Origin: Nitrososphaeraceae archaeon
GTDB taxonomy: Archaea > Thermoproteota > Nitrososphaeria > Nitrososphaerales > Nitrososphaeraceae
NCBI GenBank assembly: GCA_044870765.1
Contig: JBIOZG010000018.1
Span: forward strand, 1-17,998
DNA length: 17,998 bases
Direction: 5' to 3'
Shown: positions 9,172-17,341 of the stretch, one piece after another
How the letters are laid out: every line of letters begins with the position of its first letter
Position numbering within the stretch: position 1 is the first letter of the stretch
Program-made: the position numbers and the translations under genes
Notes under the pieces: generated by a model
What the model was told of the DNA's origin: nothing
The model's input: only the letters and a program-made list of their open reading frames with translations
Databases searched by the model: none

Positions 9172-10086
9172 TTATAATTTTAGATGTATCTTTAGTCCCT
9201 TGTACCTATTTCTTATTGTTACTTCAGTTACTCCAGCAGCCTCTGCAACATCCTTTTGAGTTTTATTTTCACCATTCATTACACAAGCTACATACAGAGC
9301 AGCTGCGGCTAATCCCATAGGATCTTTTCCAGCAGATATCTTGCCTTGCTCAGCCTTTTTCAGTATTTCCAATGCTTTTCTTTTAGTTTTTTCGGAAAGC
9401 CCTGACTTGCTTGCAATTCGGGCTACACATTTAACAGGATCTACTACAGGCATTTTCAAGTCCAGTTCTCTAATTAATAGTCTATAGCATCTTGCTACAT
9501 CCTTTTTCTTGATATTACTTGCATGTGCAATATCCTTCAAAGTTCTAGGCGTTTCAGTATCCCTACAAGCAGCGTACAGCGCAGCCGCTACAAGAGCTGA
9601 AATAGACCTTCCCCGTACGAGACCCTTTTCAAGTGCTTTTCTGTACACATACGCTGCTTTTTCAATTACAGCATCCCCAACCGCAAGCTTATCTTTTAGC
9701 CTGTCCAATTCACTAAAAGCTTGTCTAAAATTGCGATCTACTGGTTCGTGTACTTGACTCCTACTATCCCAAGTTCTTAATCTTTCAATAGTACTTTTCA
9801 TAGAAGCCGATAATGGCTTTCCAGAAGCGTCTTTATCAACAGGTCCGATAATTGTGGCAAGCCCCATATCATGCATTGCAAGGGAAGTAGGAATGCCAGC
9901 ACGACTTCGATCTTCATGTTCTTCTTTTGAAAATGCTCTCCATTCTGGTCCAGTTTCTTCAATGCGTTCAGTAACTACAAATCCACAATTTCCACAAAAC
10001 ATCTCTCCACTTGAATTATCTGTAACCATTGGACCTTTCCCGCATCTCGGACAGCGGTCACTAAATAAGGAAATATCTTTAACCAA
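9172..10086 (-). CDS. tfb: Transcription initiation factor IIB
   Basis: Zn ribbon CPRC...CGNCG, GPEWRAF B-reader and two cyclin repeats (GRS..., GKDP..., VTEVTIRNRYK). Likely start is TTG 10086 (304 aa) preceded by GGGGT; the ORF-track extension to 10212 looks non-coding. Confidence 0.96.
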   Translation of the reverse strand: MVKDISLFSDRCPRCGKGPMVTDNSSGEMFCGNCGFVVTERIEETGPEWRAFSKEEHEDRSRAGIPTSLAMHDMGLATIIGPVDKDASGKPLSASMKSTIERLRTWDSRSQVHEPVDRNFRQAFSELDRLKDKLAVGDAVIEKAAYVYRKALEKGLVRGRSISALVAAALYAACRDTETPRTLKDIAHASNIKKKDVARCYRLLIRELDLKMPVVDPVKCVARIASKSGLSEKTKRKALEILKKAEQGKISAGKDPMGLAAAALYVACVMNGENKTQKDVAEAAGVTEVTIRNRYKGLKIHLKL

Positions 10087-10268
10087 TTCTAATACCCCAC
10101 AAAAATTCAGACAATGTTGTTTCTTATATTTATGTTTTATTCTCATATATATGCATTGTCGTAAATATTTCTGGGCTGCTAATATATAGAGGAAAATTTG
10201 GAACTTTTCCAAACTAAAGCCGATTTTCCGGCTAATTTTTGGGTTTATTTCTCAAGTTTTTAAATTTA

Positions 10269-10370
10269 TCAGAACTTTGGAATGTTTCTTTTTCTTCTCT
10301 TGGTCTTTTCAACTTTCTTACTTTCACTTCTTGTTGAGCTGTAAGCGTGAGTTTTTTTGGATAATTTCAC
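10269..10370 (-). CDS. Candidate 33-aa highly basic microprotein
   Basis: GTG-initiated MKLSKKTHAYSSTRSESKKVEKTKRRKRNIPKF*. TTTTATAT lies ~23 nt upstream. Confidence 0.4.
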   Translation of the reverse strand: MKLSKKTHAYSSTRSESKKVEKTKRRKRNIPKF

Positions 10371-10455
10371 AAAAGAGATACAAATAGTATCAATATAAAA
10401 ACTATAGACTCAACTATATCTTAATCATTTTAAATGATAAACGCGTTGCATTGTT

Positions 10456-10881
10456 ATGAGTATAAGAGACAATCATTCGGATAATGAAATTCGGAAAATG
10501 TATAATTTTAAGAACATTGCAGTTGTGGGAATGTCAAGGGATCCCGTCAAAGCTGCCCATTTTGTTCCTAAATATATGATTGAAAGAGGATATAACATTA
10601 TACCAGTGAATCCATCAGCTAATGAAATACTAGGAAAGAGAACATACGCCAAGGTATCGGATATCAAACCCCAAGTAGACATAATAGACGTATTTAGACC
10701 CTCAGAAAATGTCTATTCGGTCGTAGAAGATTCAGTAAAAAAACCAAGTGTTAAAGTTATCTGGTTACAAGAAGGTATTCACAATGCCGAAGCTGAAAAA
10801 ATGGCCCTAGATAATAAAATTAATGTTGTATTCAATAGGTGCATTATGGCTGAACATATGCGATTATTCAATACCGATTAA
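10456..10881 (+). CDS. CoA-binding domain protein (YccU-like)
   Basis: IAVVGMS, IIPVNP, VDIIDVFRP, IWLQEG and NRCI motifs. Confidence 0.92.
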   Translation: MSIRDNHSDNEIRKMYNFKNIAVVGMSRDPVKAAHFVPKYMIERGYNIIPVNPSANEILGKRTYAKVSDIKPQVDIIDVFRPSENVYSVVEDSVKKPSVKVIWLQEGIHNAEAEKMALDNKINVVFNRCIMAEHMRLFNTD

Positions 10882-10908
10882 GAAATAAACTATAATCAAT
10901 ATCCTTTT

Positions 10909-11493
10909 TCATGGAAATATTTGATTTCCAGTATACCTATCAATAATCTTTATTGCTTTTGTAGGGCATGCTTGAGCGGCCATAACGATCCTATCTAGGG
11001 TATCAGCGGTTTCTGATTGGACCCTTGCCTTTGGATTGATGTGTTTACTTTTATCAACTACAAACACTTTTGGTGCTATGGTTTCACATCCACCAAATGC
11101 CAAACACAAGGATGGTTCAATTAGGATATGGAATCTACTTCTTATAGTGTCTAGGAGCAAGCTATCATGGCCAAGGTTAGTATTGGACTGGTGGTTTGTA
11201 AATTTATGTGGATTCAATCTGTTTTGACTTGACAAATTTTCATTGTTAACTTCATTACTGGGTTCATTTGAATCAAAATTTTCATAGGAATCTGAATCGT
11301 ATTTTTTTCTTTTTTTCCTATCTGAAAGTATTTCGAAGGCTTCGTTAATTTTTTTGATTGTCTCTTCCGCAAGAGGTGATTTGTTTCTATCAGGGTGATA
11401 TTTTCTTGCAAGCTTTCTGTATGATTTTTTTATTTCCTGAAAATGGGCATCTTGTGATACTCCTAGAATCGCATAATACCCTCGACTATCCAT
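10909..11493 (-). CDS. DnaJ-ferredoxin fusion (J domain + probable [3Fe-4S] ferredoxin)
   Basis: YYAILGV...KYHPD...[11 protein letters not shown] domain, Asn-rich linker, then CLAFGGC...ACPTKAI. Confidence 0.9.
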   Translation of the reverse strand: MDSRGYYAILGVSQDAHFQEIKKSYRKLARKYHPDRNKSPLAEETIKKINEAFEILSDRKKRKKYDSDSYENFDSNEPSNEVNNENLSSQNRLNPHKFTNHQSNTNLGHDSLLLDTIRSRFHILIEPSLCLAFGGCETIAPKVFVVDKSKHINPKARVQSETADTLDRIVMAAQACPTKAIKIIDRYTGNQIFP

Positions 11494-11591
11494 CAATTAA
11501 ACTACCAGTATCTATTATTTATTCACTATTCGTAGGAAAAGAATATCTCTATAGATGGAAAAATTGTCAATCTAATTTGATCAAAAATATG

Positions 11592-11969
11592 TCAAGACTT
11601 CTTACCTGTTACGAAAGGATTAATGATGCCATAATAATTTTCCAATGCCATTTTGTCGTCATAGCATTTTTTACATATGCATAATTGGGAAACAATGGCT
11701 CTATCGCAATCTTTCTCGAACTCGCATTCAGTGCATCCAGCCAATGATCCACAGACGGCACATTTTAGCTGTTTAGAATTTACTGAAACATAGGATGGGT
11801 CTGATAAATCTCGTGTATGACATTCTACATGTTTTATTGATTTAGTTGACCTTGACCATAATGCTAATTCACCCTTTGATATTTTTTTTCCGCAAGACTT
11901 ACAGTTACTACTGAATTTTACAGTAAGGTTAATCCAATCATTGTTCCTTGTTTGCAATAAATTAATCAA
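11592..11969 (-). CDS. Hypothetical multi-Cys (probable Zn-binding) protein
   Basis: CKSC...HVEC, CAVC, CTEC, C and CICKKC motifs in 125 aa. Start codon uncertain. Confidence 0.8.
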   Translation of the reverse strand: MINLLQTRNNDWINLTVKFSSNCKSCGKKISKGELALWSRSTKSIKHVECHTRDLSDPSYVSVNSKQLKCAVCGSLAGCTECEFEKDCDRAIVSQLCICKKCYDDKMALENYYGIINPFVTGKKS

Positions 11970-12055
11970 AGTGCATCAAAGATAATAATCTAACGAGTGG
12001 TTGAGACTGGGAATAATATTTAATGGCACAAGAGATCCAATGTGGTCTATTTGGT

Positions 12056-12307
12056 CTATTTGAACAATTTTTCAATTTTCATTATTACGGTTTTTTTTTC
12101 GCCAAGTATAGTCCTTACGATATCGAACAATTCGCATGCTTCCTGTTCAAATGCTTGTATGAGATACCTATCACCATTCATACTTACTTCTAACGAATAA
12201 TATTTTATGCCGTTTAACATGATGGATAAATGGTTTGATGCTTTAGTAATTTTACCGCCCAAACCCAGTATCATAGTCAAGGCCTCAATGCTATTTTTGT
12301 AATTCAA
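12056..12307 (-). CDS. Hypothetical protein
   Basis: 83-aa TTG-start ORF with globular alpha/beta-like patterning; no family recognised. Confidence 0.65.
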   Translation of the reverse strand: MNYKNSIEALTMILGLGGKITKASNHLSIMLNGIKYYSLEVSMNGDRYLIQAFEQEACELFDIVRTILGEKKTVIMKIEKLFK

Positions 12308-12479
12308 AATCGCTGCTCACGTCATAGATCCAAAACTTGATGAAATTAATAAGAGGAACAAATGAAATATTACTTTCCATGATTTTACGGACACAAAATT
12401 ACAGTAGGAAAAACATGATATATTTATTGGATCATCTCAGAGAGAGGGAGACGATTCCAAAACAGTACTTGCATCAAAT

Positions 12480-12671
12480 TTAACTCATTAAAAAAACGTT
12501 ACTCCTATTATTGTTGTTGTTCTTATTATTGTTATTGTTAGTGTAGCTATAGCTGATGTTGTTGTTGTTGCTACATCTCTTACATATACCAAACCAGCCA
12601 GCTACTCTGTTTTTCATCTTATCTTCAATGACATTTGTCCCACATTCAAAACAAAAGTATCTTTTTTCCAT
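12480..12671 (-). CDS. Small Zn-ribbon-like protein with poly-Asn tail
   Basis: CFEC-x18-CKRC followed by AAC/AAT runs. TTTAATAA ~12-19 nt upstream. Confidence 0.55.
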   Translation of the reverse strand: MEKRYFCFECGTNVIEDKMKNRVAGWFGICKRCSNNNNISYSYTNNNNNKNNNNNRSNVFLMS

Positions 12672-12871
12672 TTGATTCCGAATTATTAAACAATACCTTC
12701 ATAGTAGATCTTTATGATACCGCCAGCACATGATCTGAATGGACAACAAGAGTTCTATTAGAAATCATCATTCTTCTTGATACTGAATACATTTACTTGA
12801 TGATTTTTTCTAGCTCTTTATAGCTCGAACGAGAACAACCAATTTCAATTAAAATTGTGAATTTGAATCGT

Positions 12872-13981
12872 TTAGTGTGGCTTTAGAATAAATAGTTTAG
12901 AATTATTACCATCATATCCAGAAAGGTATGCCTGGTTTGTTGAAGGATTGATTATGATATTATCAACTATGAAATCAGTTTCAAATTTATTTATTATGTT
13001 GTTAGTTGTGTTTACTGCTATAGCCATACTTTTAGTGCCGTTTGAATTTTTTGATAAAATGTTGGTTAAATTTTGGTCAACTATGTAGAGTAATTTGTCA
13101 TTTGGATTGTACAAGATATTTTTTACAGATTCTCCCTGTATACTTGAAATGTTCTTCTTACTTTTGAGATCTATGGCATTAACTTTTCCGTCAGAGCCTG
13201 CCTCGTATAGTACGTTGTTTTCCTTGTCAAGAGTTATTGCAATTGGACTTTGTGCTGTTATATTATTAATTATGTGGTTATTTGACTCATCTATTACCGA
13301 AATGAGATTGTCATATTTTGCACCGGCATACAATAATTGAGATTCTGGATCTAATTGTATATCCTTTATTCCGTATTGCCACTTATCGATAAGAACTGGT
13401 TGTAATGATTTTCCATCTACTACATATAAGCCCGGCTTTCCTCCCTCAGGATATAATGACCCAAGGTATATCGTATTGGTAACAGGATTGAAAGATATCC
13501 CCGCCAATGATCCTTCTTTACCTTCTTCAGTTTCACCGTACAATTGAATCCTCTTGAATTTATTATTGGTCGAGTTGATCACATATAGTGTGTCATATGC
13601 AATGTCGCTACCATTCTCATTAACCAAATGCTGACCTGCAACGTAGATAATACTTCTATCAGGATCTATTGCAATGTTTGTCAAAAAATCATTCTTTTGG
13701 GATCCGATCTTAACGGTGTCAATGACCTTGTTTTGAGCAGCGTCAATAACATACAGTAAATTCTTTTCTCCTGAACTTGTTGCAAATATTCCATAAATTT
13801 TACTTGTTTTTTCATCTATGGCCATAGAGACTGGTTTATCATTTCCAAGAACCATTGAAGATACCGAAAAAGTACTTGGAGATTGCGAATAACCTGAGTG
13901 TAATATAGAAACTGTCAACAATGCTATGCCGACAGAAATAATGGTATAAAGAGTTCTACGAGAACTCCTAAACTTATACAT
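12872..13981 (-). CDS. Secreted or membrane-anchored YncE/YVTN-like beta-propeller protein
   Basis: N-terminal basic + hydrophobic segment. Repeated blades (IAIDPDRSIIYV, ISFNPVTNTIYL, IIINPSTNQAYL; YVID...N.VI). Confidence 0.85.
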   Translation of the reverse strand: MYKFRSSRRTLYTIISVGIALLTVSILHSGYSQSPSTFSVSSMVLGNDKPVSMAIDEKTSKIYGIFATSSGEKNLLYVIDAAQNKVIDTVKIGSQKNDFLTNIAIDPDRSIIYVAGQHLVNENGSDIAYDTLYVINSTNNKFKRIQLYGETEEGKEGSLAGISFNPVTNTIYLGSLYPEGGKPGLYVVDGKSLQPVLIDKWQYGIKDIQLDPESQLLYAGAKYDNLISVIDESNNHIINNITAQSPIAITLDKENNVLYEAGSDGKVNAIDLKSKKNISSIQGESVKNILYNPNDKLLYIVDQNLTNILSKNSNGTKSMAIAVNTTNNIINKFETDFIVDNIIINPSTNQAYLSGYDGNNSKLFILKPH

Positions 13982-14277
13982 ATGAATGATTATTAAATTT
14001 ACTTATTAAAGATATAGAAACTTAATGATGGAAAAATGTTAATTTCATTTTTTCTCTATTGAGTTTCAAAATATTCTAAACGCTAAAAATTGGCTATAAT
14101 TGGATAGTTTGCGTGCAGCAATCCATTACATTACATTGTACATTTACCTCAATTATCCTCATCAAGAAGCAAGAGCACTACATCAAGTGTCGAGTCAACA
14201 ATTATTATGATATTGAGAAGTATTTCCAGGTTGAGATATTGTAAGATTTATTAGATAATTTACCCTTATCTTAATTT

Positions 14278-14853
14278 ATGATTCAAAAGCGCAATTTAGC
14301 ATCCTTCCTCATTTGTTTCTCAATTATAGTACTTGTTGCTGTTGTTGTTAGTGTAGCTACCCTAATGCCAAAGGAATCAAGCTTTGGTTTTATGCAAACT
14401 TCAGATGCGTTGAATGCTACCAACGCTACGTCATCTGCTACCAACGCTACGTCATCTGCTACCAACGCTACCCTTTCCAAAACTATACAGATTACTTCTG
14501 CCGATACAAAACAAGCCACTGATGGAAAAAGCGTAGATATTGACTTACAAATTCAACCTTTTCCAGTTACACAAAACGGGAACTCACAATTTAAGATTAC
14601 CTTTTTACAACCATCTTCTCAAACAGTACAAGTTCATGTAGACTATGATCTTTCAATATCGAAAATGAATAGCGAAGTTTTCAGGGCGTCATCTTCAACT
14701 GGACAACCGTTACTGCACACAGCAGAGGGAATTGTCAGTATTCCGTATAAATTTAATCAAGAAGGCGAGTATTCAGTTCAAGTAAGCGTCATGGGGATCA
14801 ATTTTATTCCTATAAAAACGGAACAGGCCTTATTTGATCTGAAAGTAAGCTAG
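14278..14853 (+). CDS. Secreted/surface protein with N-glycosylation-sequon linker and Ig-like (YtkA-like) C-terminal domain
   Basis: N-terminal TM/signal segment, NAT repeats, beta-rich domain with HVDYD, LHTAEG and F..EGEY.VQV.V.GI. Confidence 0.8.
   Translation: MIQKRNLASFLICFSIIVLVAVVVSVATLMPKESSFGFMQTSDALNATNATSSATNATSSATNATLSKTIQITSADTKQATDGKSVDIDLQIQPFPVTQNGNSQFKITFLQPSSQTVQVHVDYDLSISKMNSEVFRASSSTGQPLLHTAEGIVSIPYKFNQEGEYSVQVSVMGINFIPIKTEQALFDLKVS
14415..14471 (+). repeat. 21-bp perfect tandem repeat, ~2.7 copies (TGCTACCAACGCTACGTCATC)
   Basis: Directly visible; encodes ATNATSS repeats. Confidence 0.95.
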
Positions 14854-14906
14854 GCCAAATTAAGCCAAAGGATACCTTTATGAAATGTAACAAATTCAAC
14901 TGCCAG

Positions 14907-15083
14907 TTATTGGTTTTCTGTCTCGTTTGTAGTCTCGTTTTCAGAGGATGTATCAATTTCCAAAGTCGCAGAATCTGGCTGTTCATTAAATAATTTGAAA
15001 TCACTATTGTTGATAAATGCGTACGCGACGAAAAGCAATAAAACTGCACAAAATATCGTACTCACCAACAAAAGCATATTCAT
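14907..15083 (-). CDS. 58-aa single-TM small protein with acidic tail (absent from ORF track)
   Basis: MNMLLLVSTIFCAVLLLFVAYAFINNSDFKLFNEQPDSATLEIDTSSENETTNETENQ*. TTTAAA box ~26 nt upstream. Confidence 0.75.
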   Translation of the reverse strand: MNMLLLVSTIFCAVLLLFVAYAFINNSDFKLFNEQPDSATLEIDTSSENETTNETENQ

Positions 15084-15277
15084 TCTTGTATTGAATATTT
15101 TCTGAGTAATTTAAAGTAGTATTAAGATTTGAGCGTTGTGTGAGCCCAAAAAATTAATTCAATATTCCTTAAAAATTGAGATATAGCTATGTATAATAAT
15201 TTTAACAAAAATAGTAAACATTAACTGAGCTCAATGAATATGAGCCTATATTTTCATCACAATGTCCATAAATCAAA

Positions 15278-17203
15278 TTGAATTTATCAAGACATATAGA
15301 AAGATTTGTAGGTAGATTTGACTGGACGACCCTAGATCTTGTATACCTGAGAAAATGGACAGTCATTGGAATTATGATAGGAGTTCTATCAGGATTCCTG
15401 GTGATAATCGGCTTTGAGGCTGTTAGAATTTTTTCATCTTTATTTCTTAGTGATATAGTGAGATATATCCAGCCATATCCGGAAGATGTGGTAAGCCTGT
15501 CTTCTGACTATTCCCTTTACGTCTTAAAACCATGGCTTATTCCAGTAACCTTGGGTCTAATTGGTTTGATTATAGGAATACTTTCTACAAAACTCTCCAC
15601 AGCGTTAGGCAAAAATGGAATAGACGAGATCAGTGATGAATTTCATAATAAGAAAAATCAATTTAGTCTAAAAATTTCGTCGTTAAAATCATTTTCCAGT
15701 ATACTGGCTGTAGGAAGTGGAATTAGTGGTGGGGTTGAAGATTCTCTAGCAAATACTGGATCCACACTAGCATCTATAATAGGCAAATTTTTCAAACTAA
15801 ATCAAGAGGAAATTCGTATTGCGATCGCAGCTGGAATGGGTTCTACGATAGGAGGCATCTTAAGGTTACCCTTTGGAGGAGCAATATTCAGTTTAGAATT
15901 GCTTTATAGAAGAGATTTCGTTATCAAATCTCTGTATCCAGCGTTCTTAGCGTCAATAACAAGTTATATTATTTCTGGTATTATTCTGGATTGGCCGTCT
16001 TTCTTGTATATCCCTCAGGAATTTATTACAAAAACAAGTCTTCAGTCCATAGGGGCCTATGGTCTAATTGCTGCCATGATAGGATTAATAGGAATAGGAT
16101 ATGTAAGGACCATTCAGACTTTTCAAAAACATTTCGAGGACATGAAAATTCCACTTTACTTAAAGCCTGCTCTAGGTGGCGCAATTATTGGAATATTCGC
16201 AATCGGATTTCCGGAAATATTAGGTACGGGTTACGGCTGGTTACAAGTTGCAGCACTTGGTAATCACCAGATTTTTCCATTGTGGATAATGTTTCCTGTA
16301 ATCATAATGAAAATTTTTGCCACATCAGTTTCTAATGGATCGCGAAATAGCACTGGTCTACTTGGTCCTTCACTGGTTATAGGCGGGCTTATTGGTTCAG
16401 CTCTAATTACATTGTTTCATTCTTTTGGAATCTTCATGTTTATTGACACGACATCTGCTACTTTGATATCAATACTCGCTTTCTTTACTGCAAGTACTAG
16501 GACTCCAATTTCTGCAATTGTCATAGGGATTGAAATCGTTGGAAGTTATACTTTGCTCATTCCGACCGTTATATCGGTTATAATTTCAAATATTATTTCT
16601 GGCAAGAATAATTATATATACAAGAATTATGTTACTAATATAAGGACGCAAATTTTAAAGGATAAGAAACATGATTCTAAGTTAAAAAATTATCTCATAA
16701 GAGATGTGATGACTTCGGATTTCTATAACATAAATCGGAATACAACCATTAATGATGCTGTTCATATAATGAGAGAGTTGAATGTTAAATCACTAGTTGT
16801 TACCAATAACGCAGATAAATTCGAAGGGATGGTATATTTTGAGCATTTGTCAAATGTTTCAAAGATACAGGGGACAATTGAATCTGTTATGATATACGAA
16901 CCACCTATGTTACGTCCTTTAGATTCAATTCTAGACTATTTTGAATTGATAAGTAAAACTGCTCTGTCTGAAATTCCAGTAATTTCTCCAGATGATAGTA
17001 AATTAGTATTATCAATACTAACTATGAGAGATGTTAACAAACTATTGAACAATATAGACGATCCACTATTCCCTGATTTGCAAAAGAGTTACAGCAAATT
17101 GCAAAATATAGATAGTAAGATTTTTCATAACCCACAGGCCGATCAAAACTTTGACAATAATAGTAGACTAATTAACAAGCTTAAAGATTATTGGGCCCGG
17201 TAG
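15278..17203 (+). CDS. CLC-family anion channel/transporter with C-terminal CBS pair (divergent signature motifs)
   Basis: Many TM helices; PFGGAIFSLE, PEILGTGYG and RTPISAI..EIVG motifs; CBS repeats (IRDVMT, ESVM). Confidence 0.88.
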   Translation: MNLSRHIERFVGRFDWTTLDLVYLRKWTVIGIMIGVLSGFLVIIGFEAVRIFSSLFLSDIVRYIQPYPEDVVSLSSDYSLYVLKPWLIPVTLGLIGLIIGILSTKLSTALGKNGIDEISDEFHNKKNQFSLKISSLKSFSSILAVGSGISGGVEDSLANTGSTLASIIGKFFKLNQEEIRIAIAAGMGSTIGGILRLPFGGAIFSLELLYRRDFVIKSLYPAFLASITSYIISGIILDWPSFLYIPQEFITKTSLQSIGAYGLIAAMIGLIGIGYVRTIQTFQKHFEDMKIPLYLKPALGGAIIGIFAIGFPEILGTGYGWLQVAALGNHQIFPLWIMFPVIIMKIFATSVSNGSRNSTGLLGPSLVIGGLIGSALITLFHSFGIFMFIDTTSATLISILAFFTASTRTPISAIVIGIEIVGSYTLLIPTVISVIISNIISGKNNYIYKNYVTNIRTQILKDKKHDSKLKNYLIRDVMTSDFYNINRNTTINDAVHIMRELNVKSLVVTNNADKFEGMVYFEHLSNVSKIQGTIESVMIYEPPMLRPLDSILDYFELISKTALSEIPVISPDDSKLVLSILTMRDVNKLLNNIDDPLFPDLQKSYSKLQNIDSKIFHNPQADQNFDNNSRLINKLKDYWAR

Positions 17204-17341
17204 TAGAGTTTTAAAATTTAATCAAGCTATTATTATTTTACTTTGTACTATTAAGTACTATCATAGTCATAGCTCTAGAAAAGATGAATCAGAAGAATAA
17301 TGATTCTTGAATTGTATTAAATAAAAAGAGAAAGGGGAGAT

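Noticed and set aside
10341-10351. 11-nt complementarity to the rRNA ITS (CTCACGCTTAC, 707-717)
   Set aside because: A match of this length is expected by chance in 18 kb.
12713-12792. Possible C/D sRNA (minus-strand ATGATGA) or 26-aa ORF
   Set aside because: No properly placed CTGA D-box; the ORF is too short and featureless.
14100-14210. 36-aa TTG-start ORF in the divergent intergenic region
   Set aside because: No clear promoter spacing, SD or protein features.
15181-15190. ATATAGCTAT shared with the amoX/amoB intergenic region (8409-8418)
   Set aside because: An AT-rich 10-mer with only two copies; plausible by chance.
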